From positions 6,560-70,559 of the forward strand of contig JBPCXB010000110.1 of the NCBI GenBank assembly GCA_051008935.1: a DNA stretch of 64,000 bases, in the 5' to 3' direction. Numbering within the stretch: the first letter of the stretch is position 1; each line of letters begins with the position of its first letter. The position numbers and the translations under genes are program-made. Below are positions 19,928 through 29,642 of the stretch, piece by piece. Below the pieces are notes generated by a model. The model was not told the DNA's origin and did not search any database. It saw nothing but the letters and a program-made list of their open reading frames with translations. Source of the stretch: Gammaproteobacteria bacterium (lineage in GTDB: Bacteria; Pseudomonadota; Gammaproteobacteria; JBPCXB01).

Positions 19928-21805
19928 ATGAACAGTGCATTTAGCGTTGCACTGGTAGGTTGCCCGAATAGCGGTAAAACAAGCCTTTTTAATCTACTGA
20001 CAGGTAGCTTCCAACGTATTGCTAATTACGCAGGGGTTACGGTGCAGGTGCAGCAGGGTACCCATCGGCTGCGTGATCAGGGCCGTGATATCCAAGTCAT
20101 TGATTTGCCGGGCATCTATGGCCTGTCAGGATCCACAGAAGAACAGCTGTTGGCGCTGTCCGTACTCAAGGGAGTAGAGGCAGGTAGCAATAGCCGAGAT
20201 GCTGCGCCGGTTGTTGCAGTTGAAAAACCCAACTTGATGCTCTGTGTTATTGATGCTAGCCAGCTAGAGGATCAGTTGCCCTTAGCCATAGCTTTGCGTG
20301 CCCTGAATATTCCTATGGTGGTGGTTCTGAACCAGATGGATATTGTGCGCAAACAGGGCGTATCTGTCGATATAGAGCAGCTGAGTCAGCTGCTGGGATG
20401 TGCCTGCGTCGGCTCTGTAGCAACCCGCCGCAAGGGCATCGCACAGGTGCTCACTACCTTGGCTGATTATGAGCAACGGCATCAAGCGAGCCAGTCTTTG
20501 AAGCTGGAACGGATCCCTGCCAATATTGACTCAGGCCGGATTCAGACCTCTGTTTCAGACATCATGCAGCAGGTATGGAAGCGTACCGGGCAGTCAACGC
20601 ATGCATCCAACCGGTTGGATCAGATACTCCTGAATCCGATACTGGGCCCCGCCATCATGCTGGGGACGCTCTTTTTGCTTTTCCAAGCCGTGTTTGTGTG
20701 GGCGGCGCCTCCTAGTGAGTGGATAGCTGCGGGTTTAGATAACCTAGGGACAGCGCTAGCGCACGCTTGGCCCCAGAATCTTCTGACGGAGGTGTTGTTA
20801 CTGGCCGTCTTGCCTGGTATCGGCGCGGTGCTTGAATTTCTGCCGCCAATTATTCTTGTCAGTCTGTTCCTACTGATCTTGGAAGGAACGGGATATATTG
20901 CTCGGTTGGCATTCTTTTGCGATGCACTTCTAGCACGGATTGGTCTGGGAGGCCATGCCGTCTTTCCCATGTTGTCGGGTTTTGCATGTGCCATACCTGC
21001 CATCATATCCGTGCGCTCTATCCCAGACAGCAGGATCCGTCTGGCTGTGATGATGGCCTTACCTTTGGTGCCCTGCTCTGCCCGACTTCCTGTTTATGCT
21101 TTGGTGATAGCAGCTGTGATTCCGAGCGTTTCTGTGTGGGGTTTTGGCTTGCAGGGGTTGGTTTTATTTGGACTCTATGCGCTTGGATTGATTGCGTCAT
21201 TGGCTGTCGCAGCCATTATCAGCTTTTATTCCTCTGCCAGCCCTTTTACCCCTTTGGAACTTCCAGCTTACAGATGGCCAACGGTGCGTAATATTTTGAT
21301 GGGGCTGTGGCTACGTATGCGGCATTTTCTGACTCGAGCGGGCCAGATTATTCTGGCAGTGTCCGTTTTTCTATGGGTGCTTTCGCAGATTCGGGTCGGT
21401 AGTCAAGAGGGCATAGAGGGAACTTTATTAGGTGCGATAGGTAACGGCATTGCTCCTATTTTTGCTCCGATCGGCTTTAGTTGGGAGATGTCGATAGCTC
21501 TGGTGCCTGGTTTTTTGGCTAGAGAAGTGGCAGTTGCGGCTCTGGCTACTGTGTATGCCATTTCTGCGGGCTCCGTGGATGATCTGGCATCGGCACTTGC
21601 TGCAGACTGGTCTCTGGCCTCAGGGCTGTCTTTCGTAGTGTGGTATGTCTTTGCGCCCCAGTGCGTAGCAACCTTGGGTATGATCAAATCTGAGACAGGA
21701 TCGTGGCGTATCGTGGGATTAACTGCTGGTTATTTGTTTGTGCTAGCCTGGTTGGCGTCTTTTATCGTCTATCAGAGCTTTGCTGGTCTGGATGTGACGA
21801 TCTGA
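19928..21805 (+). CDS. feoB: Ferrous iron transporter FeoB (short, 625 aa, form)
   Basis: G-domain ALVGCPNSGKTSLFNLLTG...DLPGIYGLS...LNQMD. Polytopic membrane domain. Confidence 0.9.
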   Translation: MNSAFSVALVGCPNSGKTSLFNLLTGSFQRIANYAGVTVQVQQGTHRLRDQGRDIQVIDLPGIYGLSGSTEEQLLALSVLKGVEAGSNSRDAAPVVAVEKPNLMLCVIDASQLEDQLPLAIALRALNIPMVVVLNQMDIVRKQGVSVDIEQLSQLLGCACVGSVATRRKGIAQVLTTLADYEQRHQASQSLKLERIPANIDSGRIQTSVSDIMQQVWKRTGQSTHASNRLDQILLNPILGPAIMLGTLFLLFQAVFVWAAPPSEWIAAGLDNLGTALAHAWPQNLLTEVLLLAVLPGIGAVLEFLPPIILVSLFLLILEGTGYIARLAFFCDALLARIGLGGHAVFPMLSGFACAIPAIISVRSIPDSRIRLAVMMALPLVPCSARLPVYALVIAAVIPSVSVWGFGLQGLVLFGLYALGLIASLAVAAIISFYSSASPFTPLELPAYRWPTVRNILMGLWLRMRHFLTRAGQIILAVSVFLWVLSQIRVGSQEGIEGTLLGAIGNGIAPIFAPIGFSWEMSIALVPGFLAREVAVAALATVYAISAGSVDDLASALAADWSLASGLSFVVWYVFAPQCVATLGMIKSETGSWRIVGLTAGYLFVLAWLASFIVYQSFAGLDVTI

Positions 21806-21833
21806 GGCGGTGCCCAGCCCCGACTGAGCCTTT

Positions 21834-22631
21834 TTAGTCCCTCGAATCCGAGCAGCCTGTTTCAGGTATTCGACCGTGATCCGCCAGATAGAACTTTCCT
21901 ATCAGATTGACGTTCATTTTGAGCGTGCCGGCAGCTACGGGCACAGGGGCATTTTCTTTGTGCGCCTGAGTCTGTAATTGGGTATTTCTGAACGCTGATC
22001 GGGGGATGCCAGCGGGGATATTTTCTTCTGTTATGCTCGCAATACCGCTGATCTTGGTGCCGAGAGCCCGCGCCATTTTGTCGGCCTTAGTGCGCAATTT
22101 GGCAGCAGTTTCAATCAGCAACCGTTCTTTCAGGCTCTCTGGATCCGACAGGGTAAAGCGGATATTGTGGGCCATATTGGCACCCGCATTTATAGCTGCA
22201 GTAATGACATAGCCGATGCGGTTCAAATTTTCCAGCTTGACTTCCAGGCGGTTGGTGGCTTCGTAGTGAGAAATTTCTGCCGCTTTTCCGGATTGGTACT
22301 GGTATCTAGGTGCCACTGATAGTGCTTTAGTCTGTATCTGCTTCGGCTTAATACCTAATGCTTCGATGGCATCAAGTACCTGTTGTACCAGTCGCGCATT
22401 GTGGCTGGTAGCTGATTGCGCATCTTTAGCTTCTGTGCGCACACCTAGGGTAATGCGTGCTAGATCGGGGGATGCTTCGGATGTGGTGCTGGCACGGAGG
22501 CTGAGTACGCTGTCGCAGTGCAAGGCGGCGGCAGCTGGAGACGAACCGGCTACACAGAAGGCTAGCATCGACAGAGCCGCAGTTTTTACGAACTCAGAGA
22601 GTGGCAGAGGCGTTCGAGGAAATGTAGGCAT
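21834..22631 (-). CDS. SIMPL (DUF541, YggE-like) periplasmic protein. Start taken at MPTFPRT, not the ORF-track ATG, which would run through argE.
   Basis: Signal peptide plus SIMPL-domain core (ITLGVRTEAKDAQSA...EATNRLEVKLENL...NIRFTLSDPESL). Confidence 0.65.
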   Translation of the reverse strand: MPTFPRTPLPLSEFVKTAALSMLAFCVAGSSPAAAALHCDSVLSLRASTTSEASPDLARITLGVRTEAKDAQSATSHNARLVQQVLDAIEALGIKPKQIQTKALSVAPRYQYQSGKAAEISHYEATNRLEVKLENLNRIGYVITAAINAGANMAHNIRFTLSDPESLKERLLIETAAKLRTKADKMARALGTKISGIASITEENIPAGIPRSAFRNTQLQTQAHKENAPVPVAAGTLKMNVNLIGKFYLADHGRIPETGCSDSRD

Positions 22632-23782
22632 TGGCAGAGTTGTTCTTGAGTGACGAATTCGTTGGGTTTGTGCGCTTGTGCCAGATCGCCTGGCCCTATG
22701 ACAACAGCAGGGATATGGCCATTTTGGAAAAAGCCGGCTTCTGTGCCGATAGACAGTACGCCGGTGTTCTGGCTCCCTGTCAATTGGGCCGCCAGACTGA
22801 GTGCCGGTGATTGTTCGAGGGTGAGTGGTGTGAGTCCGGGATAGGACGCTTCTATGATATTTTCGATGCCAGCCTGCCTGTGCCGCTCTTGCATCGCAGG
22901 TTCGAGCTCGGTATTTAGCCAAGCTTCCAGATGCGACTGGAACAGCTCTAGGTTTGCCCCCGGCATGGATCGGTAGTGCCAGTCGACCTGACAGCGGGCT
23001 GCAAAAATATTGAGCGCGGTGCCGCCTTGGATGACACCAGCATTGATAGTCCCATAGGGTACGTTGAATTGCTGGTATTCGGTGGTGTTCTCTGATTGGA
23101 GGGCCATCTCCTGTTCCAGATCAGACAGATGGGTAACAAAGCGCGCCGCAAAAGGTATGGAGCTGATGCCCTCTTCTGGCATGGAACTGTGTGCGGGTAC
23201 ACCGTGAAACGATGTGTGTGCAACGATACCGCCTTTGTGTCCGGCGATGATTTCCATGCAGGTGGGCTCACCCACCACAGCTGCTGCAGGGCGCATCCCC
23301 GTTTCTCTGAGCATGTCCAGCATGTCGTCTGCGCCTAGGCAGCCAATCTCCTCGTCGCGTGAAAAGGCCAGGTGTACGGGCTTTTTCAGCGGCGCACGGG
23401 CAAATTCAGGAGCCATGGCCAAGGCACAGGCGATAAAGCCTTTCATATCACAGGTGCCCCGCCCATAGAGATATGGAGGTGCGCTTTTGAGCGCAAAGGG
23501 GTCGCTGTGCCAGTCCTGATCTGCTACGTCCACTACATCAGTATGCCCCGAAAGCACTACGCCATCATTTGCTACCGGCCCAATACTGGCTAACAGGTTT
23601 GCCTTGGTGCGCTCAGGGTTCAAGCGTACTTGGCTTTCAAGGTGCAGGCTTGCTTGTAAATGTTGGTTGATCGCTTCGATCAATTCCAGATTGCTGTGTC
23701 GGGAAATAGTGTTGAAGGATACAAGCTGTCTGAGCCATTCAGTTGCCTCAGGTAGTAGCGGGTGAGTGGTCGGTAGAGTCAT
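22586..23782 (-). CDS. argE: Acetylornithine deacetylase (M20 peptidase family)
   Basis: LSGHTDVV...GRGTCDMKG...LAFSRDEE...HKPNEF, co-linear with E. coli ArgE. Confidence 0.8.
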   Translation of the reverse strand: MTLPTTHPLLPEATEWLRQLVSFNTISRHSNLELIEAINQHLQASLHLESQVRLNPERTKANLLASIGPVANDGVVLSGHTDVVDVADQDWHSDPFALKSAPPYLYGRGTCDMKGFIACALAMAPEFARAPLKKPVHLAFSRDEEIGCLGADDMLDMLRETGMRPAAAVVGEPTCMEIIAGHKGGIVAHTSFHGVPAHSSMPEEGISSIPFAARFVTHLSDLEQEMALQSENTTEYQQFNVPYGTINAGVIQGGTALNIFAARCQVDWHYRSMPGANLELFQSHLEAWLNTELEPAMQERHRQAGIENIIEASYPGLTPLTLEQSPALSLAAQLTGSQNTGVLSIGTEAGFFQNGHIPAVVIGPGDLAQAHKPNEFVTQEQLCQCLHFLERLCHSLSS

Positions 23783-24772
<990 letters not shown>

Positions 24773-24779
24773 TCAGATT

Positions 24780-26153
24780 TCACTGTAGATTCAGGCTCTG
24801 TGCATGCTGCTCAAGTGCTGCCTGTACGCGATCGAATAAATCGTGGATCTGCTGTTCGGTAATGATCAGAGGTGGGCAGAAGGCGATACTGTCAACCAGA
24901 TTGCGCACGATGACGCCTTCATTGATGCATAGCTGGCGTAAAGCAGCTCCTTGGCTGCCGACCGGCTGGAAGGGCTCTTTGGTCTTTCGATCTGCTACTA
25001 TTTCAATCGCACCAATGAGGCCTACCCCCCGGACTTCGCCGATTTGTGGGAATTTAGCAAGCTGTTGGATCCTGCTCTGGAAGATAGGCTCTAGTACTGC
25101 AACCCGATCCATGATCCCGTCTTCTGTCAGAATACGCAAATTTTCCAGTGCAACAGCGCAGGCCAAGGGGTGTGCCGCTCCAGTGATGCCGTTGCCAAAT
25201 ATGCCAAATTTCTGGCTGTTATCAGCTGCTTTTTGATAGACCTTATCGTTAATCAGCACAGCAGCCATGGGCATATAAGACGAAGTCAATTGCTTAGACA
25301 GCACCAATATATCCGGTCGGATGTTGTATTTATCGCAGCCGAATCGGGCACCAGTCCGGCCAAATCCGCAGATTACCTCGTCAGCAATCAATAGCATGTT
25401 GTGCGCGTTGCATACTTCAGCTATCTTCTGCCAATAGCCTGTCGGAGGAGGAATCACTCCGCCAACCCCCATGACCGGCTCGCCTATAAAAGCAGCCACT
25501 TTATCGGTGCCACCCTGTTCTTGAATAGTCGCTTCCAGCTCAGCAGCGCACCTGGTGCTGAACGCTTCTTCGCTCTCGTTGTCATGCCCATAACGCCAGT
25601 AGTGTGGGCAAGAGGTAAAGCCGATGTTCTCGATTGGCATGCCAAATCCCTGGTGCGCAAAGGGCAGTCCAGTCAAACTACCAGAGCCTATAGTGGAGCC
25701 GTGGTACGCTTTTTCTCGGGAGATGATCACTTGTTTATCGGGCTTTCCGCAGGCGTGATGGTAGTAGCGAGCCAACTTGATGGCGGTGTCGTTGGCTTCG
25801 GATCCTGAGTTGGTGAAATGCGCTCTTGACATATCGGCAGGCGCCATGTCGATCAGTGTTTGCGCTAAAAGCGCGGCACTTTCGTGACTGGAGCCTCCAA
25901 AACTATGGTAGTAAGGTAGTTTTTGTAGCTGCTTGTAGGCTGCTTCCGCGATGCGTTTTTCGCTGAATCCTACTGCGACCGACCAGAGCCCAGCCATAGC
26001 TTCGATGTATTGATTGCCCGATTCATCTTCTACATAGATATTGTTGCCTTTGACAATTGTTAAAGGCCCAGTTTGTTCCATGGCGCGGGCGTTAACGTAA
26101 TGCAACAGGCTGTAGTTTGCATGTAGGCTGGATGCTGAGTGGTTGTGGTGCAT
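24780..26153 (-). CDS. Class-III PLP-dependent aminotransferase (omega-amino acid:pyruvate type)
   Basis: AT-III fold motifs (LIADEVICGFGRTG, HGSTIGSG). Confidence 0.8.
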   Translation of the reverse strand: MHHNHSASSLHANYSLLHYVNARAMEQTGPLTIVKGNNIYVEDESGNQYIEAMAGLWSVAVGFSEKRIAEAAYKQLQKLPYYHSFGGSSHESAALLAQTLIDMAPADMSRAHFTNSGSEANDTAIKLARYYHHACGKPDKQVIISREKAYHGSTIGSGSLTGLPFAHQGFGMPIENIGFTSCPHYWRYGHDNESEEAFSTRCAAELEATIQEQGGTDKVAAFIGEPVMGVGGVIPPPTGYWQKIAEVCNAHNMLLIADEVICGFGRTGARFGCDKYNIRPDILVLSKQLTSSYMPMAAVLINDKVYQKAADNSQKFGIFGNGITGAAHPLACAVALENLRILTEDGIMDRVAVLEPIFQSRIQQLAKFPQIGEVRGVGLIGAIEIVADRKTKEPFQPVGSQGAALRQLCINEGVIVRNLVDSIAFCPPLIITEQQIHDLFDRVQAALEQHAQSLNLQ

Positions 26154-26182
26154 GGAACGTTCAGATTTCGTGGGGTTGGTAT

Positions 26183-26305
26183 CTCAAGGCTGTTTGATTT
26201 TTGCTCAGGGCTGTTTTCTTTCAGCTCAAGGCTGTTTGCTCTTTGCTCAGGGCTGTACTCTTTTGCTCAGGGCTGTTTCTTTTTTGCTCAGGGCTGTTTG
26301 CCTTC
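26183..26305. repeat. Six tandem copies of a ~20-bp unit (GCTCAGGGCTGTTTnnTTTT) in the aminotransferase promoter region
   Basis: Direct reading of 26183-26305: ctcaaggctgtttgattttt / gctcagggctgttttctttca / gctcaaggctgtttgctcttt / gctcagggctgtactctttt / gctcagggctgtttctttttt / gctcagggctgtttgcct. Confidence 0.8.
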
Positions 26306-26530
26306 TGCCAGTTTTAGGGCAGTTTCTATGCGTTGTTTCATTTCATCCAGAAGCTCGAACGTGTGACGTTGCGACAGCACAGTTTTCCGCTCTCGTCCAA
26401 GTTTGATAATCGCTTCTTCTAGGAATTGCAGTTGTTCCATAAGCGGTTCTTTAGGTCTATTCATGGGTTGGGCCGGCTCCAAGCTGGAATCAGAAAGAGG
26501 GGACTGTCCATTGTATGACACAACGAACAA
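26288..26530 (-). CDS. Small hypothetical coiled-coil protein (possibly starting at the internal MNRPKEP)
   Basis: 80-aa ORF (58 aa from the internal Met), charged helical. No known motif. Sits between the repeat tract and the divergent cysQ. Confidence 0.25.
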   Translation of the reverse strand: MFVVSYNGQSPLSDSSLEPAQPMNRPKEPLMEQLQFLEEAIIKLGRERKTVLSQRHTFELLDEMKQRIETALKLAEGKQP

Positions 26531-26629
26531 TCCTAATTATATGGTGATTGCATCCAGCTCCTGAATGGCTTGATGCGGCTAAAATGGCTGAACTGAGCTA
26601 TTCTTGGTTTTTGTGATATCTGTGTACAG

Positions 26630-27484
26630 ATGATGCAGTTGGTTCAACGTCCGTTTCAGAAAGAGGATATCTTGCCTCTGGCCGATAGCGCGCGAGGAAT
26701 AATACGTGCAGCAGCACGCGAAGTGATGGGGGTTTACCAGCAATATCTGGATGATCTTGATTTTGAGATCCAGAGCAAACAGGATGGTTCACCCTTGACG
26801 ATAGCAGATCGCATTTCGCATCAGGTTTTGTGTGATGGTTTGCGGGCCCTGTCACCTGTTTTGCCGATTGTGTCTGAGGAAGGCAAGGATAGCAAAGAGG
26901 CCCCCGTAGGAGAACATGCTGCTTATTGGCTCCTTGATCCTTTGGATGGTACCAAGGAATTTCTGGCTAGAAATGGCGAATTTACCGTTAATATCGCCTT
27001 GATGCAGGGCAGTAAAACGGTTTGGGGTGCGGTTTCAGTTCCAGCACAGGATTGTGTATATGAAGGTGGGCCTGGGCTAGGATGCCGTTTATGGCACCAG
27101 ATGTCCTGTCAATCTATCCAGACCGTGTCGGCGCCGAGGCGTCAATGTCGGGTATTGTTTAGCCGTTCGCATTCACAGAATGATCAGAATGCGCAGCTGG
27201 TCCAGCAACTACGGGCGCATTTTGACCAAACCGAACAGCTAATACGTGGCAGTTCCCTTAAGCTCTGTAGCGTTGCGAGCGGTGAAGCGGACCTGTATCC
27301 TCGCCTTGGGCCTATACGCCAGTGGGATATAGCCGCCGGTCATGCCGTTCTGGTTGGTGCCGGTGGCACAATCATGCATATGGATGGAACAGAAATAACC
27401 TATGGCGGAGACACCATGGTACCCATCAGCCCATTCATTGCAGTTGGCGATGCCAGTATCGACTGGCTGGCTATACTGAACTGA
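26630..27484 (+). CDS. cysQ: 3'(2'),5'-bisphosphate nucleotidase
   Basis: WLLDPLDGTKEFL, GEFTVNIAL, WDIAAGHAV. Co-linear with E. coli CysQ. Confidence 0.8.
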   Translation: MMQLVQRPFQKEDILPLADSARGIIRAAAREVMGVYQQYLDDLDFEIQSKQDGSPLTIADRISHQVLCDGLRALSPVLPIVSEEGKDSKEAPVGEHAAYWLLDPLDGTKEFLARNGEFTVNIALMQGSKTVWGAVSVPAQDCVYEGGPGLGCRLWHQMSCQSIQTVSAPRRQCRVLFSRSHSQNDQNAQLVQQLRAHFDQTEQLIRGSSLKLCSVASGEADLYPRLGPIRQWDIAAGHAVLVGAGGTIMHMDGTEITYGGDTMVPISPFIAVGDASIDWLAILN

Positions 27485-27517
27485 GCATTTTGAGCACATG
27501 ATACGAGGTGTACCTGC

Positions 27518-28576
27518 ATGCCAGTAGTTAGTGTCATTATGGCCCTGTACAACAGGCAGGATTACTTAGCAGAAGCTATCGAAAGCATCCAGTCGCAGAC
27601 GCTTGAAGATTGGGAGTTGGTCATCGTGGACGATGGCTCTGGGGATAACAGTCTGCCTATTGCCCGAGCCTATGAGGCCAAGGATAAGCGTATCAAGGTT
27701 ATTAGTCAGCAGAATAAAGGCCTTGCAGGGGCGCGGCAGACTGGCTTGCGTTTCGCTACTGGCATTTATGTTGCAGTCAATGATGATGACGATCTGTCTG
27801 CCCCTAACCGGCTGGCTCGATTGGTAGACTTCATGACAGCCCATCCGCAGGCAGCTGCAGTTGTCAGCCAATCCAGAAGCATTGATGCCAAAAGCCGTAC
27901 CATTGGCTATAGTCATCGTTGGTGGCAGGACAAATACCCCAAACCTGCGTTATTACCTCAGGATTTCAGCGCCCAGACTATTGCGAAAAAAATCTATACC
28001 GTTACCGATTCGCCATCTGTGTTGTTTAGACGAGAGATGTTATTGTCTGTAGGCGGATGGAGAACGTGGTTTCGGATTCGAGAAGACTACGATTTGGCTC
28101 TGAGACTTGAAGATAAATATCCCGTGGGCGTATTTCCGCAACCGCTCTATATTAGACGCAGGCATTCCAAATATGAACAATTGACCGGCCATGCGACCTA
28201 TTGGCATTACGGAGCGGCGGCAGTGGTCAGCGCCTTTGCGCGTCGTCACCATTTACCGGATGTTGTTGAGCAAGGCGGAAGTTTGGATGAGGCGTTAGCG
28301 AATTTCTCCGCGTTGCCGCATCACCACATTCAGGTGCTTTCCATGGCTGGGCGCGAATCGATCAAGTCTGTGCGCACCAAAGCTCTGTTTTTGCTGTGGA
28401 AGCGCAGCTATGCTGAGCTGGATCGTCAGATTGATCGTGTGCGTAATACGCAAGCGCTCATTATTGAGAAATATCCGCGTTGGTCTCGAGCCAGGTTACA
28501 GATTCTGTTCTATATGTGGGCTCTTGGGCGCATGGATTATTGGTGGTGGCGCTTGTTGACGCGATCCGGGTTTTAG
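27518..28576 (+). CDS. Family-2 glycosyltransferase
   Basis: VSVIMALYNRQDYLAEAIESIQSQT...WELVIVDDGSGDNS (GT-A, DxD). Confidence 0.8.
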   Translation: MPVVSVIMALYNRQDYLAEAIESIQSQTLEDWELVIVDDGSGDNSLPIARAYEAKDKRIKVISQQNKGLAGARQTGLRFATGIYVAVNDDDDLSAPNRLARLVDFMTAHPQAAAVVSQSRSIDAKSRTIGYSHRWWQDKYPKPALLPQDFSAQTIAKKIYTVTDSPSVLFRREMLLSVGGWRTWFRIREDYDLALRLEDKYPVGVFPQPLYIRRRHSKYEQLTGHATYWHYGAAAVVSAFARRHHLPDVVEQGGSLDEALANFSALPHHHIQVLSMAGRESIKSVRTKALFLLWKRSYAELDRQIDRVRNTQALIIEKYPRWSRARLQILFYMWALGRMDYWWWRLLTRSGF

Positions 28577-28610
28577 TACGGCGATGCTGTAGAGAGCGTG
28601 CGTTGCTAGC

Positions 28611-29642
28611 CTAGCAGGGAATGCTCAGCCAGCTTTCCGGCACCACGACTCCAAAATGTTCAGGCACTGGCACAGCTGGATTGTTGAACCAGGGCGTGGG
28701 GGCAACAATACGATCGGATGGCCTGTCTTCAGGCTGGCGCAGGCTGGCCATAAAAGCGCCCCACCACGAGAAAGTGCTGTTGGAAAGAATGTGGAATTGG
28801 CACAGACTCATCAGTATTAGGTCGCGCCAGATCGTTGCAGTTGACGGGGTTATGACGATGCCTTGTTGGTGCACCAAAGGCATAAGATGGGTCTGGGACC
28901 ATTTAGGATCATCGCCGAATAGGTAGAAGAAAGCATCCGGGCGCATGCTTTTCACCTGGCTTATCGCATCTTGATAGTACGATATGGGCAGTGGGATTTG
29001 TGGATGCTGGTGGCGGATCACTTGCTGGTTCTGGTCGCAATCCCAAAGTCGTCGTACGTGTACCATGACGGCATTTTTCTGGGTTATGGCCTGGAATTCA
29101 GGTGGCAGCACGAAACAGCGCACCAGGTCGCGTAATTTGTGGTGTAATACGGACGCCCTTTCTACCAAGCGGTAATCCTGCCAGTGTCCGCTCAGATAAG
29201 ACGGGTCGCGTCTTTTGATCAATACTTCAGGCCAGTTTGGTGTGAGTCTTTCGATAACTTCTGTGGCTTTGGGCAGTTGTAGTAGGTTGCGCCCCCATAT
29301 CAGAGGTTGCAAGAGTGGATTCTGGCTCGGCTTGTCGGCGACCGCAGGTGGCTTCCAAACAGGAATGTATGTTGAGGCATTTGATCGAATCAGGCGCAGC
29401 GGCCACTGTCTGACTTGTTTGTTGATAGGTTCAAGCTCGTAGTTTCGTAGGTATTTATCTTTAGGGAAATGCTGAATATCCAGCATAATGCGCCCGCTTT
29501 TTTTTTGTAGCAGACACGCCAGACTGTATTGAAACAATTGGTTCCCTACCCCACCTGAAAGCCGTACAATTGCGCGCAACTGGGCCAACGCCCTAGGGCG
29601 GTCCAACAAAGGTAGCCAGTCGGCTAGAGAGTCTTTATTCAA
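28611..29642 (-). CDS. GT11-family alpha-1,2-fucosyltransferase. Apparent TTG start, forming a TTGA overlap with the stop of the upstream qor.
   Basis: N-terminal GT11 signature LSGGVGNQLFQYSLA. Confidence 0.65.
   Translation of the reverse strand: MNKDSLADWLPLLDRPRALAQLRAIVRLSGGVGNQLFQYSLACLLQKKSGRIMLDIQHFPKDKYLRNYELEPINKQVRQWPLRLIRSNASTYIPVWKPPAVADKPSQNPLLQPLIWGRNLLQLPKATEVIERLTPNWPEVLIKRRDPSYLSGHWQDYRLVERASVLHHKLRDLVRCFVLPPEFQAITQKNAVMVHVRRLWDCDQNQQVIRHQHPQIPLPISYYQDAISQVKSMRPDAFFYLFGDDPKWSQTHLMPLVHQQGIVITPSTATIWRDLILMSLCQFHILSNSTFSWWGAFMASLRQPEDRPSDRIVAPTPWFNNPAVPVPEHFGVVVPESWLSIPC

Noticed and set aside
22632-22922. 97-aa N-terminal extension of the SIMPL ORF
   Set aside because: Arg/His-rich, precedes a clear signal peptide, and overlaps argE coding sequence. 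The internal Met start is far more plausible.
26139-26406. Two + strand ORFs (75 and 87 aa) spanning the 20-bp repeat tract
   Set aside because: The translations are just repeat-derived low complexity (FAQGCF...). It is an intergenic promoter region.
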